Assembly (NCBI GenBank): GCA_035389045.1
Contig: DAOORA010000050.1
Coordinates: 1 to 34,714 of the forward strand
DNA: 34,714 nucleotides
Reading direction: 5' to 3'
DNA from: Bacteroidales bacterium
GTDB taxonomy: Bacteria > Bacteroidota > Bacteroidia > Bacteroidales > CAIWKO01
Shown here: positions 27,601 to 34,529 of the stretch, piece by piece
Layout of the letters: every line of letters starts with the position of its first letter
Position numbering within the stretch: the stretch's first letter is position 1
Translations under genes and position numbers: made by a program
The notes under the pieces: generated by a model
Told to the model about the DNA's origin: nothing
The model's input: the letters and a program-made list of their open reading frames with translations, nothing else
The model's database searches: none

Positions 27601-30600
27601 AATACAATGATTTTGATGCGCCTTCATCAGAATAGGCATACCAGTCCATCGTTTCATTCCCGGTATTGATCAACAGCAAGTTGGCAACGATGGTGTCATA
27701 ACAAATGCTGGTGCTTACCCCTATACTGTCAGGAACTAATACTAACTCAGGGGTTGGCAATATGACGCCATCCACATAAAGACGTTTTTCATCACTGTTG
27801 CTCATAACGATCAGCGTATCGCTGTGACTGCCCTGAACCAATGATGAAAAATTAACTGTAATTATCCCGGAATCTCTGGGTGGGATAGCAGCAGGATAAC
27901 CCGGAATAAAAGCCGAATCGTGAATAGTAACTCCGGTAATTTTCAGCGAATCACATCCTGTATTATACACTGTAAAATCTTTTGAAGCTATTACCCCGGC
28001 CATAATCGACGGGAATGTCCAGACACTGTCTGTTACCAGTATTTGCGGCTGGCCTGCAACAGTAAAACACAATGGAAGTAACGTATCCGGAGCCGCAGGG
28101 TCATTAGTTTGTATGGTCAGATTATAGCAATAAATGCCGTTATCCAATCCTGTAGAATTAAAAACAACATCTATAACCGTTGAGTCCTGGGGCGCAATAG
28201 TTCCCGAATCCTGCGTTAAGGCCAGCCATTCAGGATACACGTGAACCTTCGACATGGAATATTCAGCCATATTCGGAAGCATAGGTCCGGAGTTGTATCC
28301 ATTTGTATAGAGATAACCTAAAGTCATCGTTGTTGCAATCACAAGGCCCTTGCCTATGTTGTACTCAACCGTTGTCGGTTGATATGAATACCTGGTTTCG
28401 GTAATAATTTTTGCATCACCGGGAAGATTCATAAAATAGCCGGCATTGGCGTCATTGCCGTTAAGAATTACCGGCAACCCGTCCACAATAGGATGGGTGG
28501 TTAATAATGATGTATTTTCGTCTTCATTATTCCCATTGGGAACATTTACCCCTCCAGGGAGATTTATTGTAGCGCCGGAATAATTGGCAAGCTGGCAGTG
28601 AAAAATCCCGCCGTTATTCACAAAGGTTTCAAACTTTGTTTTGTTGCTTGAAACGCTATTATAATATGCAGAACCCTGATTTCCTGTCACTATAATAATA
28701 TTATATAAGGAAAAATCTGCTGCGGCTATCTGGCTGGAATTGATTTTTACCGGTGTTACACCATAATTGCTTTGTATAAAAGACTGCATATCAACATTCC
28801 ATTCCGAGCCTTCCTGTATCACCAATATGGAAGTATCGGTTCCCGAACTGCCTGTGGTGTCGATATAGTAAAACAAACTGGCTAAACCTGTATTATAAAT
28901 GGTCAACGGAATGGCAGCCGTATCATCGCAAGCGGCGGTGGCAAAAACAGTGTCGTGGCTCAGGACTAAATGGGGCGCGGGCAAAATATTCCCGCTGACA
29001 TAAAGATATTTGGTTTCACTGTTATTCAGCACAACGATTGTGTCTGTATGTAAACCCTGAACCATTGAATAAAAACTTATCGGTATAATGCCGGAGCTGT
29101 GTGGTAGAATAAATGCCGGAAATACCGGTGAAAAGGCAGAATCAGTATGGGTTACTGCCGTTATTTTCAGGGTGTCGCATCCGGTATTATAAATGGCGAA
29201 TGTGTCCGCCGCCATGGCGCCCGCCAATATCGGCGGAAAGTCTATCACGCTGTCTGTTACCATGATCTGCGGGTATCCAATGATGGTAAGGTTTAAAACT
29301 ACGGACACTGATGGTGTAAACGGATCATTTGACACTATCGCAATGTTTTGGAAATAACTCCCTGCATTCAAATTTCCAACAGCAAATGTTATATCCACCG
29401 AAGAGGAGTCACTGGCTGCAACGGTGTCTGCAATCGGGCTTAATATAGCCAGGCTTTTACCAATACCCTTTATTTTAACATCATCAATAACGGAGCCCTC
29501 ATAAAGCACAGATCCGTCGGAATGAAACCAAAAGCGGAACCTTACATAATCGCCATTATCGACATAGCTGCTGATGAAATGTTTTTTAAGGCTCCAGTCT
29601 TCATAACCGCTATAATCGTAAAGCGAAAACCATCCGCCCCCGTTTACACTCAATTGTGGCCTTAAATAATCAAAACCGCTCTCGAGGTTTCGTGTCAACA
29701 TGAATTGTATGGCAGCACTATCTTTATTGCTGATAAGGAAGGAGTCTTTTACCTGAATATATTTATCCCAGTAATTATCATAAGTGCCGGCAGGGCTTTC
29801 GGTGAGGCCGAACCCGCTATTATATCCCGGGCTGATAACACCCCAGTTAGCATCTCCGATCCAGTTGTCCAGGCCGTTTTCAAAATCTTCACACCATTCC
29901 TGGCTGATCAGGTAATTCAATGGCTGGTAACCTGTATTTTCTATCATCAGGGATACCGTTTGTGTTGCCGCGCTGTCGCAGGAGGAAATCGTTGCGAAAA
30001 CCGTATCCGGGCTGACATGTATCCGGGCAGGAGCGGGTAGTGCAACAAAGTTTACGGATAAGGTATCATTCGTAATATTCATGTCCCCGGCAAGACTTGT
30101 ATAAACTGTAAAACTATTACTTGAATCCGTAGCCGTTATTTGTGGCATATTGACCGATACCTCCTGTTGAGGCACCAACAGACCGTTCCAGGTATAGGAT
30201 ACCGGCGATTGCGAATTAAAGATATACGTCAAAGGAACCTGCGTAAGCGTATCGCTGCCGTTGTTTTTTATCTGCACGCTTACATCTGAAGGAATTAATT
30301 GATATACATTATTATCCGGTTTAATGATACTTGCCAATTTAACATCCTTTTGCAAAGCTTGTAAAACGGTCAGGGAATAATCCTCTGATTCCCCATAAGT
30401 ATATTGGTCGCAAGGATCATAAGGTGCGTCATAGTTAGAATACTCAGATCTAACGCGCATACGGTGGGCTCCCAGCGGGGCAGAACCTGGAATGGCAAAC
30501 AGGTCGGTGATTGTGAATAAACCGGCCTGATTATCGTTAGTAATCACCCGTTCCTCATCCTCAAAATAAGCATTATCGTTGAAATCAACCCAGACCGAAT

Positions 30601-32617
30601 ACGCCAAACCATAACCATAAGACGTAAACGACATTGAAATAGTACCATACGGAAAACCAGATACCGTTTGAGAATCGCTGTAATCCGTATACGATGCAGA
30701 AGAACAATCGGAAGTATTGTCAATATTGGTTTCGCCACCGCTGGTGGTCACATTGGTGATCCACATATACGTGCAGGGGTCGGAAGAAACTTCCGGAACA
30801 CAATAACAATCCGCAAGATACTTACTTACCACCAAAACGGGGTTGGAATACGATGAGCTTGAATCGTTAGTGCAGCTTATCATGCAACGGTAGTAAGCAG
30901 AAGCCGCCTGCGATGTTGTTAGTATTGCTTCATTTTCGCCGTCAAGGTCAGACCATGTGGTGCTGTCGGGAGATGATTGCCACTGGTAAGTGATCCCCGA
31001 TGCGGCAACATTGTTTTGCAAGGTCAGCACAAAAATATCTATCGGACAAACAGTGTCAGCCGTAGCCATGGTGTTGCCCGGGTTGATACCTGCCGTACAA
31101 GGTTCTGCAGCAAGGACAGTGATGGAATAGTCCTCCGTTTCCCCATAATCAAGATCATTACACGGGTCGGAAGGCGCACCATAATAAGAATAATCGCCCC
31201 GTACCCGCATCCTGTACGTCCCCGGATCCACATAACCGGGAATATTGAAATAATCAGTGACCGTGAATTCCCCCTGAGGGTTGTTATTAGAAAACACCTG
31301 TTCCGAACCCTCAAAAATCCCATTATTATTATAATCGATCCATACCGTATAAGCCAGGCCATAACCATAGGATGTAAAAGACATTGTGGTATAGCCAAAC
31401 TGATAATTGCTAACGGTGTCAGAACCGGTAAAATCGGCATATGATGATGAGTCACAGTCCGAAGTATTGCTGAAATCCGATATTCCTCCGCTGGTGGTTA
31501 CATTGGTGATCCACATATAATTACACGGATAATATGATGCGGGAGATATACAATAGCAATCAGCGAGTAAATTATTGCTAACAAATACCGGGCTGGAATA
31601 TGCGGTGTCCGAATCAAACGTACAGATGGTCATGCAGCGGTAATAAGCCGGAGTCGCCTGTGACGTGGCCAGTATCGCCGCAGTATCACCGGCCATATCG
31701 TTCCATAATGCACTGTCGGCAGACGATTGCCATTGGTATGTAATTCCCGCTGCAAATACATTGTTTTCCAAGGTCAGTGTAAAAACGTCTGTAGGACAAA
31801 CCGTATCGGAAGTAACAAGGGTATTTCCGGGATCGGGCGTGCCGGAACATGTCGGGAGTGTAATTACGGTAAACGCATAATCTTCAGTTTCTCCGTACAT
31901 CAGGGTGTCGCAAGGATCTGCGGGAGCGCCGTTGCTGTAATAGTCTCCCCTTATCCGCATTTTGTGAACGCCCGGCACAGCCGATGACGGAACCCAGAAG
32001 TAATCGGTAACCGTAAAGATCCCGCCAATATTATCGTTTATAATAACCCGTTCTGTCGAATCAAAAATATTGTCATCATTAAAGTCAATCCATACGGAAT
32101 AAGCCATGGCAGCGCCGGAAGAAGTAAAAGAAACAGCTACCTGGGTCTGCTGGAAATATCCTGCTGTATCAGAACTGCTGAAATCATCATACGACGAATC
32201 GGAGCAGCCCGAATTTTTATTCAGGTTTAAAATCCCGTCCCCAGTAGAAATATTTGAAATCCACATGGCACAGGAGGTGTCAAATGACCTTGCCGGAATA
32301 CATAAATCGACGTTCATCTCATTTCCTGATAACAACGGGCATATAAGATGTCTCTCATTCGTTGCGCTCAAACCATGCAAGGCTATGCAACTTTCATTAT
32401 AACTACAGCTGTTCAGGGCATATTTCACCACGAGGGCGCAATAGTTCCGGACATCACAGGCCGGGGCCGGAACTATTTCAGAACCTTCATGAGACATGAC
32501 ACAGGAGGCTACATTGCTCCTGATATATTCCGGCGCCCCCAGGCAATCTGCCTTTATTGAATTAAACAACAAAACACAAAAAGCGACCGAAACAAATAGT
32601 AAATTTTTTGCTTTCAT
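18635..32617 (-). CDS. Giant T9SS-secreted modular surface/adhesin-like protein (4660 aa): 3x GEVED, 8 Ig/choice-of-anchor-D scaffold units each with an inserted domain, Ig/PKD, dockerin, cohesin-like, T9SS CTD
   Basis: Signal peptide MKAKNLLFVSVAFCVLLFNSIKA|D. YGE(T/S)EDY three times. Four LamG-like domains (EFWMK...WHHVAVTWD...G.IDELR.W). Dockerin GGINATDGLVIRRH / AADVNNSQTVSSADALQVLRR. CTD EDNIPNPFS...VLNMQG...FAQGVYFYRL. Confidence 0.93.
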   Translation of the reverse strand: MKAKNLLFVSVAFCVLLFNSIKADCLGAPEYIRSNVASCVMSHEGSEIVPAPACDVRNYCALVVKYALNSCSYNESCIALHGLSATNERHLICPLLSGNEMNVDLCIPARSFDTSCAMWISNISTGDGILNLNKNSGCSDSSYDDFSSSDTAGYFQQTQVAVSFTSSGAAMAYSVWIDFNDDNIFDSTERVIINDNIGGIFTVTDYFWVPSSAVPGVHKMRIRGDYYSNGAPADPCDTLMYGETEDYAFTVITLPTCSGTPDPGNTLVTSDTVCPTDVFTLTLENNVFAAGITYQWQSSADSALWNDMAGDTAAILATSQATPAYYRCMTICTFDSDTAYSSPVFVSNNLLADCYCISPASYYPCNYMWITNVTTSGGISDFSNTSDCDSSSYADFTGSDTVSNYQFGYTTMSFTSYGYGLAYTVWIDYNNNGIFEGSEQVFSNNNPQGEFTVTDYFNIPGYVDPGTYRMRVRGDYSYYGAPSDPCNDLDYGETEDYSITVLAAEPCTAGINPGNTMATADTVCPIDIFVLTLQNNVAASGITYQWQSSPDSTTWSDLDGENEAILTTSQAASAYYRCMISCTNDSSSSYSNPVLVVSKYLADCYCVPEVSSDPCTYMWITNVTTSGGETNIDNTSDCSSASYTDYSDSQTVSGFPYGTISMSFTSYGYGLAYSVWVDFNDNAYFEDEERVITNDNQAGLFTITDLFAIPGSAPLGAHRMRVRSEYSNYDAPYDPCDQYTYGESEDYSLTVLQALQKDVKLASIIKPDNNVYQLIPSDVSVQIKNNGSDTLTQVPLTYIFNSQSPVSYTWNGLLVPQQEVSVNMPQITATDSSNSFTVYTSLAGDMNITNDTLSVNFVALPAPARIHVSPDTVFATISSCDSAATQTVSLMIENTGYQPLNYLISQEWCEDFENGLDNWIGDANWGVISPGYNSGFGLTESPAGTYDNYWDKYIQVKDSFLISNKDSAAIQFMLTRNLESGFDYLRPQLSVNGGGWFSLYDYSGYEDWSLKKHFISSYVDNGDYVRFRFWFHSDGSVLYEGSVIDDVKIKGIGKSLAILSPIADTVAASDSSSVDITFAVGNLNAGSYFQNIAIVSNDPFTPSVSVVLNLTIIGYPQIMVTDSVIDFPPILAGAMAADTFAIYNTGCDTLKITAVTHTDSAFSPVFPAFILPHSSGIIPISFYSMVQGLHTDTIVVLNNSETKYLYVSGNILPAPHLVLSHDTVFATAACDDTAAIPLTIYNTGLASLFYYIDTTGSSGTDTSILVIQEGSEWNVDMQSFIQSNYGVTPVKINSSQIAAADFSLYNIIIVTGNQGSAYYNSVSSNKTKFETFVNNGGIFHCQLANYSGATINLPGGVNVPNGNNEDENTSLLTTHPIVDGLPVILNGNDANAGYFMNLPGDAKIITETRYSYQPTTVEYNIGKGLVIATTMTLGYLYTNGYNSGPMLPNMAEYSMSKVHVYPEWLALTQDSGTIAPQDSTVIDVVFNSTGLDNGIYCYNLTIQTNDPAAPDTLLPLCFTVAGQPQILVTDSVWTFPSIMAGVIASKDFTVYNTGCDSLKITGVTIHDSAFIPGYPAAIPPRDSGIITVNFSSLVQGSHSDTLIVMSNSDEKRLYVDGVILPTPELVLVPDSIGVSTSICYDTIVANLLLINTGNETMDWYAYSDEGASKSLYFNGNNSEVHFGNLGPMPVKGAVEFWMKTNVNSGTKYIFSSSGINNNYKGVNIYQSGTYLYLRMGDDNASYYTFTITTNVDYTKWHHVAVTWDKTVNQVSTCFDGIVTNNGSYNPRWVTNFSDVRLGIGYQSSTTYHYNGEIDELRLWTVNRTAAEISSYYRKGLFIPPAGLTGLWEFNEPSGDTVYSFNSDISGVLYNTTRVSSGALINDPQIDVNPFSGQVADGDSATVEVSFITNGFNNGTHNSLIGIYTNDPLNQFVMVPTQLILNGSPQVVFNDSIRTFPSIMAGALVSDTFKIYNTGCDSLKITGVTVADPAFIPGFPSFILPRDSGIITVQFTSLIQGLHSDTLTILNNSENKHLYVSGTIMQTPELVLIPDSILAATDICEDTVVSTLQIINTGNDTLDWDAYYCNGPGKSLSFNGSTSEVLFGNFGQMPDKGSVEFWMKTNVNSGTKRVFSSSGLNGNWKGLNIYQSGTYLYMIFGNDAGSYYTTYTIISNVGYGYWHHVAVTWDKTQNKIWTYYDGVVTNNGSYNSYWPTMFSDVRLGVCYNTTASYHFNGEIDELRMWSVNRSAAEISNYYREGLFMPPADLTGLWGFNEPSGDTVYSFNSGKKGVLLNTTRVNSAAPVQSPQIEADMVSGLLPGGDTTDIAITFVTHGFNNGIHNSVIGIYTNDPLHPFTVIPTQIILTGQPQIVLHDSTTVLPSIMAGQTATHTFKVYNTGCDSLKITAVNIADTAFTVSYPSFVLPRDSGNIVVSFYSLTQGLHSDTLTILNNSDTRHLYVSGTILPTPELILAPDSLLASTNSCVDTIVATLQVINTGNDTLDWNAYYSTGAGKSLSFNGSTSEVLFGNFGQMPNQGCVEFWMKTNVNSGTRRVYCSSGLNGNWKGLNIYQSGTYLYLIYGDDAGSYYTNYVITTNVGYGYWHHVAVTWDKTQNKIWTYYDGVVTNNGSYNSYWPTVFSDVRLGVCYNSTASYHFNGELDGFRMWNVNRAAADISANAHDGIFMPPAGLTGCWEFNEASGDTVYSFNSDKKGVLLNTTRVNSAAPIQSPQIEADMVSGLLPGGDTATLEVTFYTGGFNNGIHNSVIAVNTNDPLHPIAFVPTQLILNGPPQIVLGDSIGTFHSIMAGSSAADTFMIYNTGCDSLIISALNHNNAAFTPVYPPYVLPRDSGQIIVNFSSLTQAVFYDTITIVSNSETVHLYVWGATTPTPAIDVEPDNIVVSTNNCVDPVVSTLQIINTGNDTLTCSYYFSESLADNFNNGVDNTQWSSVSNGVASNSCGTAAGNNALYFNGSGTREAITKPFNTMGGGVIAFYLKFGTGSSPCENADGGEDVVLEYSINNGATWVNIQTYYNDNYPVFTAVQAQIPVGAQSMTTLIRWRQLSHSGSGYDNWSIDEVSINGTGGVWASLSDTTGSVLPGDTGLLDITFGTGLLQSGTYYQNLVVESNDPLNPIIIVPMSFTINGTPQILLTDSISIFPDIMAGATVTDTFKIYNMGCDSLLIASVNNNDPAFTSVFPPYIMPGDSGIITVSFYSMVYGLHSDTLTILNNSEIRHLYVSGTILNTPGITIIPDSVVAGTYLCDDTITTSMQIINTGNDTLSCVYSLTTVFKDDFENGLSKWITNGNWGIINQGYTSVNGLTESPSGSYGNSWSYYIQMKDSIFVSNKDSARIQYMLKRSMESGYDYLYTQISVNGGSWVSLSPSFTGSESWSLKQFPISNYVNVGDYVKIRFLFTSDGSVVSDGVVIDDLEINGSICDWITLSDSAAWILPGDTSVLDITFNAGQINSGTYLQHMLIATNVPVSSFVTVPLIFTINGSPQIVIKDSVKAFSPIYAGVLVSDTFTIYNTGCDSLIINAVNHADPAFTSLYPSYIMPRDSGLVTVSFYSMVQGLHSDTLIIQNNSEIKRLYVSGTIIAAPMLAVTPDSLLINSGECYDTIISNLMVKNTGSNILNWNAYYTNGAGNALSFNGSNSEVILGDFGTMPQKGTIEFWMKSSVGSGQRVMFSSSGVNNNWKGINIYQYYNYIYLRIGADNGDSYTTYSIADNVDVGNWHHIAVTWDIVQNKVWTYLDGNVVTNGSYNPYWPSIINDARLGIGYSSSCHFYGQLDELRIWKETRSGVQIKNLYKEPYVSTSQYSLGLWEFNETSGDSVYCFDRYKNGYLSNVARVASGAMINKIGIDTDPDNGSVAAGDSANVQVTLITSGLFNGHHYGGIGISSNAPLHSEEIIPLHLILAGSPEIQLLSPDLYIDSIVAGASISDSVQFANHGCDTLIVTNITNNNPVFTVNHTSFTVPPGGSAMLSVTFSPVYAGSYTDTLYITSNGGNPQLFVHAYTVAPPVASVTISAPSFNPCLNTVVTCTAIPTNGGTNPLYQWYVNDSLMQQKYANNNGNIFSYTPVDYDTIICIMTSNLPYVVNNPDTSNILTITILPQVLPGAAGTISGITSTCRGQNNITYTVPVIANITSYIWTLPSGVTGTSSTNSITVSFTNIAVSGNITVKGHNNCGDGAESYLSVTVHPIPVVNAGSDTIINQGAPVTLNGNVTGGSLPYTLLWTPSSYLSDNDILNPVATPNSSITYTLSVTDANSCSATDNVYIGVRYISAGTVVYNNISQTPMQNEWVYLENASHVIIDSVLTSGSGYYYFDGLAWGTYTLYAKPTYLHGGINATDGLVIRRHVVNLAALSGINLNAADVNNSQTVSSADALQVLRRTIGMTSSFAAGDWTSERKSVYLTNNQPNGIIKVLCMGDVNGSYNIYNTKMAEGSPEMACVSGNADIIAGESFVLPIYVNKNIVPGAVTLHIQFPDNLMEINGVTLNGSDVEHNINNGVLSVGAYDENGLALNENVLLSLKCKIKSDAPNDVACFSLADQCEIADKEGNVISGLQLRVEQLNITEKFDGFKLEDNIPNPFSSSTMVRVYVPEEVSLDLSVLNMQGVEIKKISYEKLSAGWHEMEIDGKDFAQGVYFYRLRAAGMKNTFEETRRMMIMR
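19460..19612 (-). other. Dockerin-like domain in the 4660-aa protein
   Basis: GGINATDGLVIRRHVV...AADVNNSQTVSSADALQVLRRTIG, the same layout as in the 1010-aa protein. Confidence 0.8.
23395..23835 (-). other. Reelin-subrepeat-like domain inside the giant protein
   Basis: DNFNNG...QWSSVSNG....CG....NALYFNGSGTREAIT..FN...I.FYLKFG....CE.....EDVVLEYSINNGATW (Asp-box)...IP.GAQS..TLIRWRQ..HSG..YDNWSIDEVSI matches the motif order I recall for Reelin repeats. Confidence 0.7.
24455..27620 (-). repeat. Three tandem ~1260-bp LamG-containing modules; a fourth LamG lies at ~21080-21715
   Basis: The equivalent CCAGTC (DW codons) lies at 27641, 26381 and 25118, giving periods of 1260 and 1263 bp. Modules 2 and 3 are highly similar. 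Confidence 0.9.
30360..32310 (-). repeat. Three GEVED-domain units with an exact 750-bp period
   Basis: The Tyr codon of GE(T/S)EDY lies near 31877, 31127 and 30377. Each unit has VW(I/V)D(F/Y)N....F...E and G..(R/K)MR(V/I)R motifs. Confidence 0.88.
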
Positions 32618-32703
32618 ATTTGAAAATATAATGTTAATAACAATATTTCAGATAAATGATATAAACTTTTATAATAAATGTTAATTATAGTTAAAACAAC
32701 TTA

Positions 32704-32734
32704 CGAAGTTAACAATTTTGTTTTGAATAGTCAA
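32704..32734 (-). promoter_or_regulatory. Candidate Bacteroidota housekeeping promoter for the large operon
   Basis: Minus strand TTG-N20-TAACTTCG, one mismatch to the -7 consensus TAnnTTTG with correct spacing, about 87 nt upstream of the ATG at 32617. Confidence 0.55.
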
Positions 32735-32786
32735 TAATTTAACGATATTTAACAGGGTTAACACAATATTAACAAGAAATATTAAC
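32709..32786. repeat. Six TTAAC direct repeats, roughly helically phased
   Basis: TTAAC at 32709, 32739, 32749, 32758, 32769 and 32782. Confidence 0.6.
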
Positions 32787-33084
32787 AAATAATTTTTGAG
32801 TCAGCAACAGCGGTTTTCACCGTTGGAAGGCATGCTGACAGACATTTTAAAGTCCTGACCCCGAAGCAGGGCAAGGTCGGCGCTAAGAATGGTGCCATTG
32901 ATCAAATGTACATCCTGAACTTTTGTTCTGAAAGAAAATAATATCACAAACGACTTGTGATTTTGTGTCATTGTATCGTCAAACTAAATCAGTAATGATT
33001 GAAGTAAATATATTGATTGTCCTTTCAAGATGGTTAAATAAAAAAATTGTCAATAAAACAGTATCTTTATTTTTTTTTTAAAAC

Positions 33085-33092
33085 TATTTTTG
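33085..33092 (+). promoter_or_regulatory. Candidate -7 element (TATTTTTG) for the FISUMP gene
   Basis: Exact TAnnTTTG match 48 nt upstream of the ATG at 33141. No clear -33 element. Confidence 0.35.
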
Positions 33093-33140
33093 TTTTCACA
33101 AAGCAAATAATCGTAATGTTTAACATTTAATTTATTATTT

Positions 33141-34118
33141 ATGAAAAGACTTATCACAATCATTGTTTTATTTTTTTCCTTTTTAGGCGGATTTTATGTA
33201 GTTAGCAGTTGTAAAAAAAAGATTACCATACCTGAATTGGTGACCACAATGGTCAGCAATGTTACATCCACTGCTGCCATCAGCGGGGGTACGATAACAG
33301 ATGATGGAGGAGCAACTGTTGTCGCCAGCGGTGTATGCTATAGTACAGCTCCCGGGCCAGATATTGATGGGAATAAAACGCTGAATGGTCCCGCAGAAAC
33401 CAGTTTTGCAAGCCAAATCACCGGACTATCGCCCAATACCACCTATTATATCAGGGCGTATGCCACCAACAGCGGGGGAACAGGCTATGGTAACGAATTA
33501 TCGTTTACTACCTCTTCGGCAGCCAATACCGTTACTGATATTGATGGCAATGTCTATCATTTTGTGACCATAGGTACTCAGACATGGATGGTAGAGAACC
33601 TTAAGACGATTCATTACCGCAATGGCGATCCTGTGCCAAATGTTACCGGTAATGCGGCCTGGATGAATCTGACAACAGGTGCTTACTGTGACTATAACAA
33701 TTCTTCATCGTACAGAGATCCTTATGGCGTTTATTATAACTGGTACGTTGTTAATGACAGTCGCAATATCGCACCGCTTGGCTGGCACGTGCCTTCGTAT
33801 GCAGAGTATAATACACTGGTAAGTTACCTGGGCGGTACCAGTGATGCAGGCGGTAAGCTGAAAGAAACAGGTTTTGATCACTGGAATAGTCCCAACACCG
33901 GCGCAACTAACGAAACGGGTTTTACCTCGGTGGGCAACCATGGCCGTAATTATGATGGGATTTTTTATCCTTTAGGTCAGTACGGGCAGCTTTGGTGTAC
34001 CACTGACATCGATGTGACCAGCGCCCACGCGTGGGGCGCCCGTTACAATGATGCTGTTTTTTCACATGGCGGCAATAATAAAAAAGATGGTTTTTGTGTG
34101 CGGTGCATCAGAGATTGA
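33141..34118 (+). CDS. Lipoprotein with an Fn3-like domain and a Fibrobacter succinogenes major paralogous (FISUMP) domain
   Basis: Lipobox-like VVSS|CKKK. Fn3 GLSPNTTYYIRAYATNSGGTGYG. FISUMP motifs VTDIDGNVY..VTIGTQTWMVENL, YG.YYNWY, APLGWHVPS..E, AGGKLKE, GATNETGF, GFCVRCIRD. Confidence 0.93.
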   Translation: MKRLITIIVLFFSFLGGFYVVSSCKKKITIPELVTTMVSNVTSTAAISGGTITDDGGATVVASGVCYSTAPGPDIDGNKTLNGPAETSFASQITGLSPNTTYYIRAYATNSGGTGYGNELSFTTSSAANTVTDIDGNVYHFVTIGTQTWMVENLKTIHYRNGDPVPNVTGNAAWMNLTTGAYCDYNNSSSYRDPYGVYYNWYVVNDSRNIAPLGWHVPSYAEYNTLVSYLGGTSDAGGKLKETGFDHWNSPNTGATNETGFTSVGNHGRNYDGIFYPLGQYGQLWCTTDIDVTSAHAWGARYNDAVFSHGGNNKKDGFCVRCIRD

Positions 34119-34529
34119 GTGCGCACTTAAGATGATTTGGGGCAAAAAGGATCATTAATTACACACAAAGGGGCCAAAGGCTAAATACACAGAAATCCTG
34201 ACTTTTGTGACAGCATTAGTCAGTCCAATCCAATTCCAGTGAAAAGACTTCCTTCAGGGGCAACTGGCTATGCCAATAAGAACTGAATAAGTTAACCCAA
34301 TTCCCCATTTTTACACCGGATCCGCTCTACTAAAACGATTGAACGGTTGCTAGCCCATATGTATTCTTACAATTGTGCAAACGCAAATGCAGAGCTTTTC
34401 TCTTATATGCTCATTGTTGATAATTTGTTCAATATATTATGCAGGTTACTTGCTTTATTTCTATATTTGCTAAAACATAAAAAGTGGGGGCAACACGTTA
34501 AACTCTGCACATTAGTCAGCGATAATGAA

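Noticed and set aside
1..32617. A true cellulosome or polysaccharide utilisation locus
   Set aside because: No recognisable glycoside hydrolase, CBM3, SusC or SusD, and no multi-cohesin scaffoldin. Each protein has at most one visible cohesin-like domain.
679..32684. The many short ORFs (60-155 aa) in the track that overlap the long genes
   Set aside because: They are antisense or alternative-frame shadows of long ORFs with coherent domain content. Several recur only because the underlying gene is repetitive (e.g. 679-882 and 934-1137).
34347..34529. N-terminal part of the 106-aa track ORF
   Set aside because: TTG start, low-complexity AT-rich translation and no recognisable motif. More likely non-coding.
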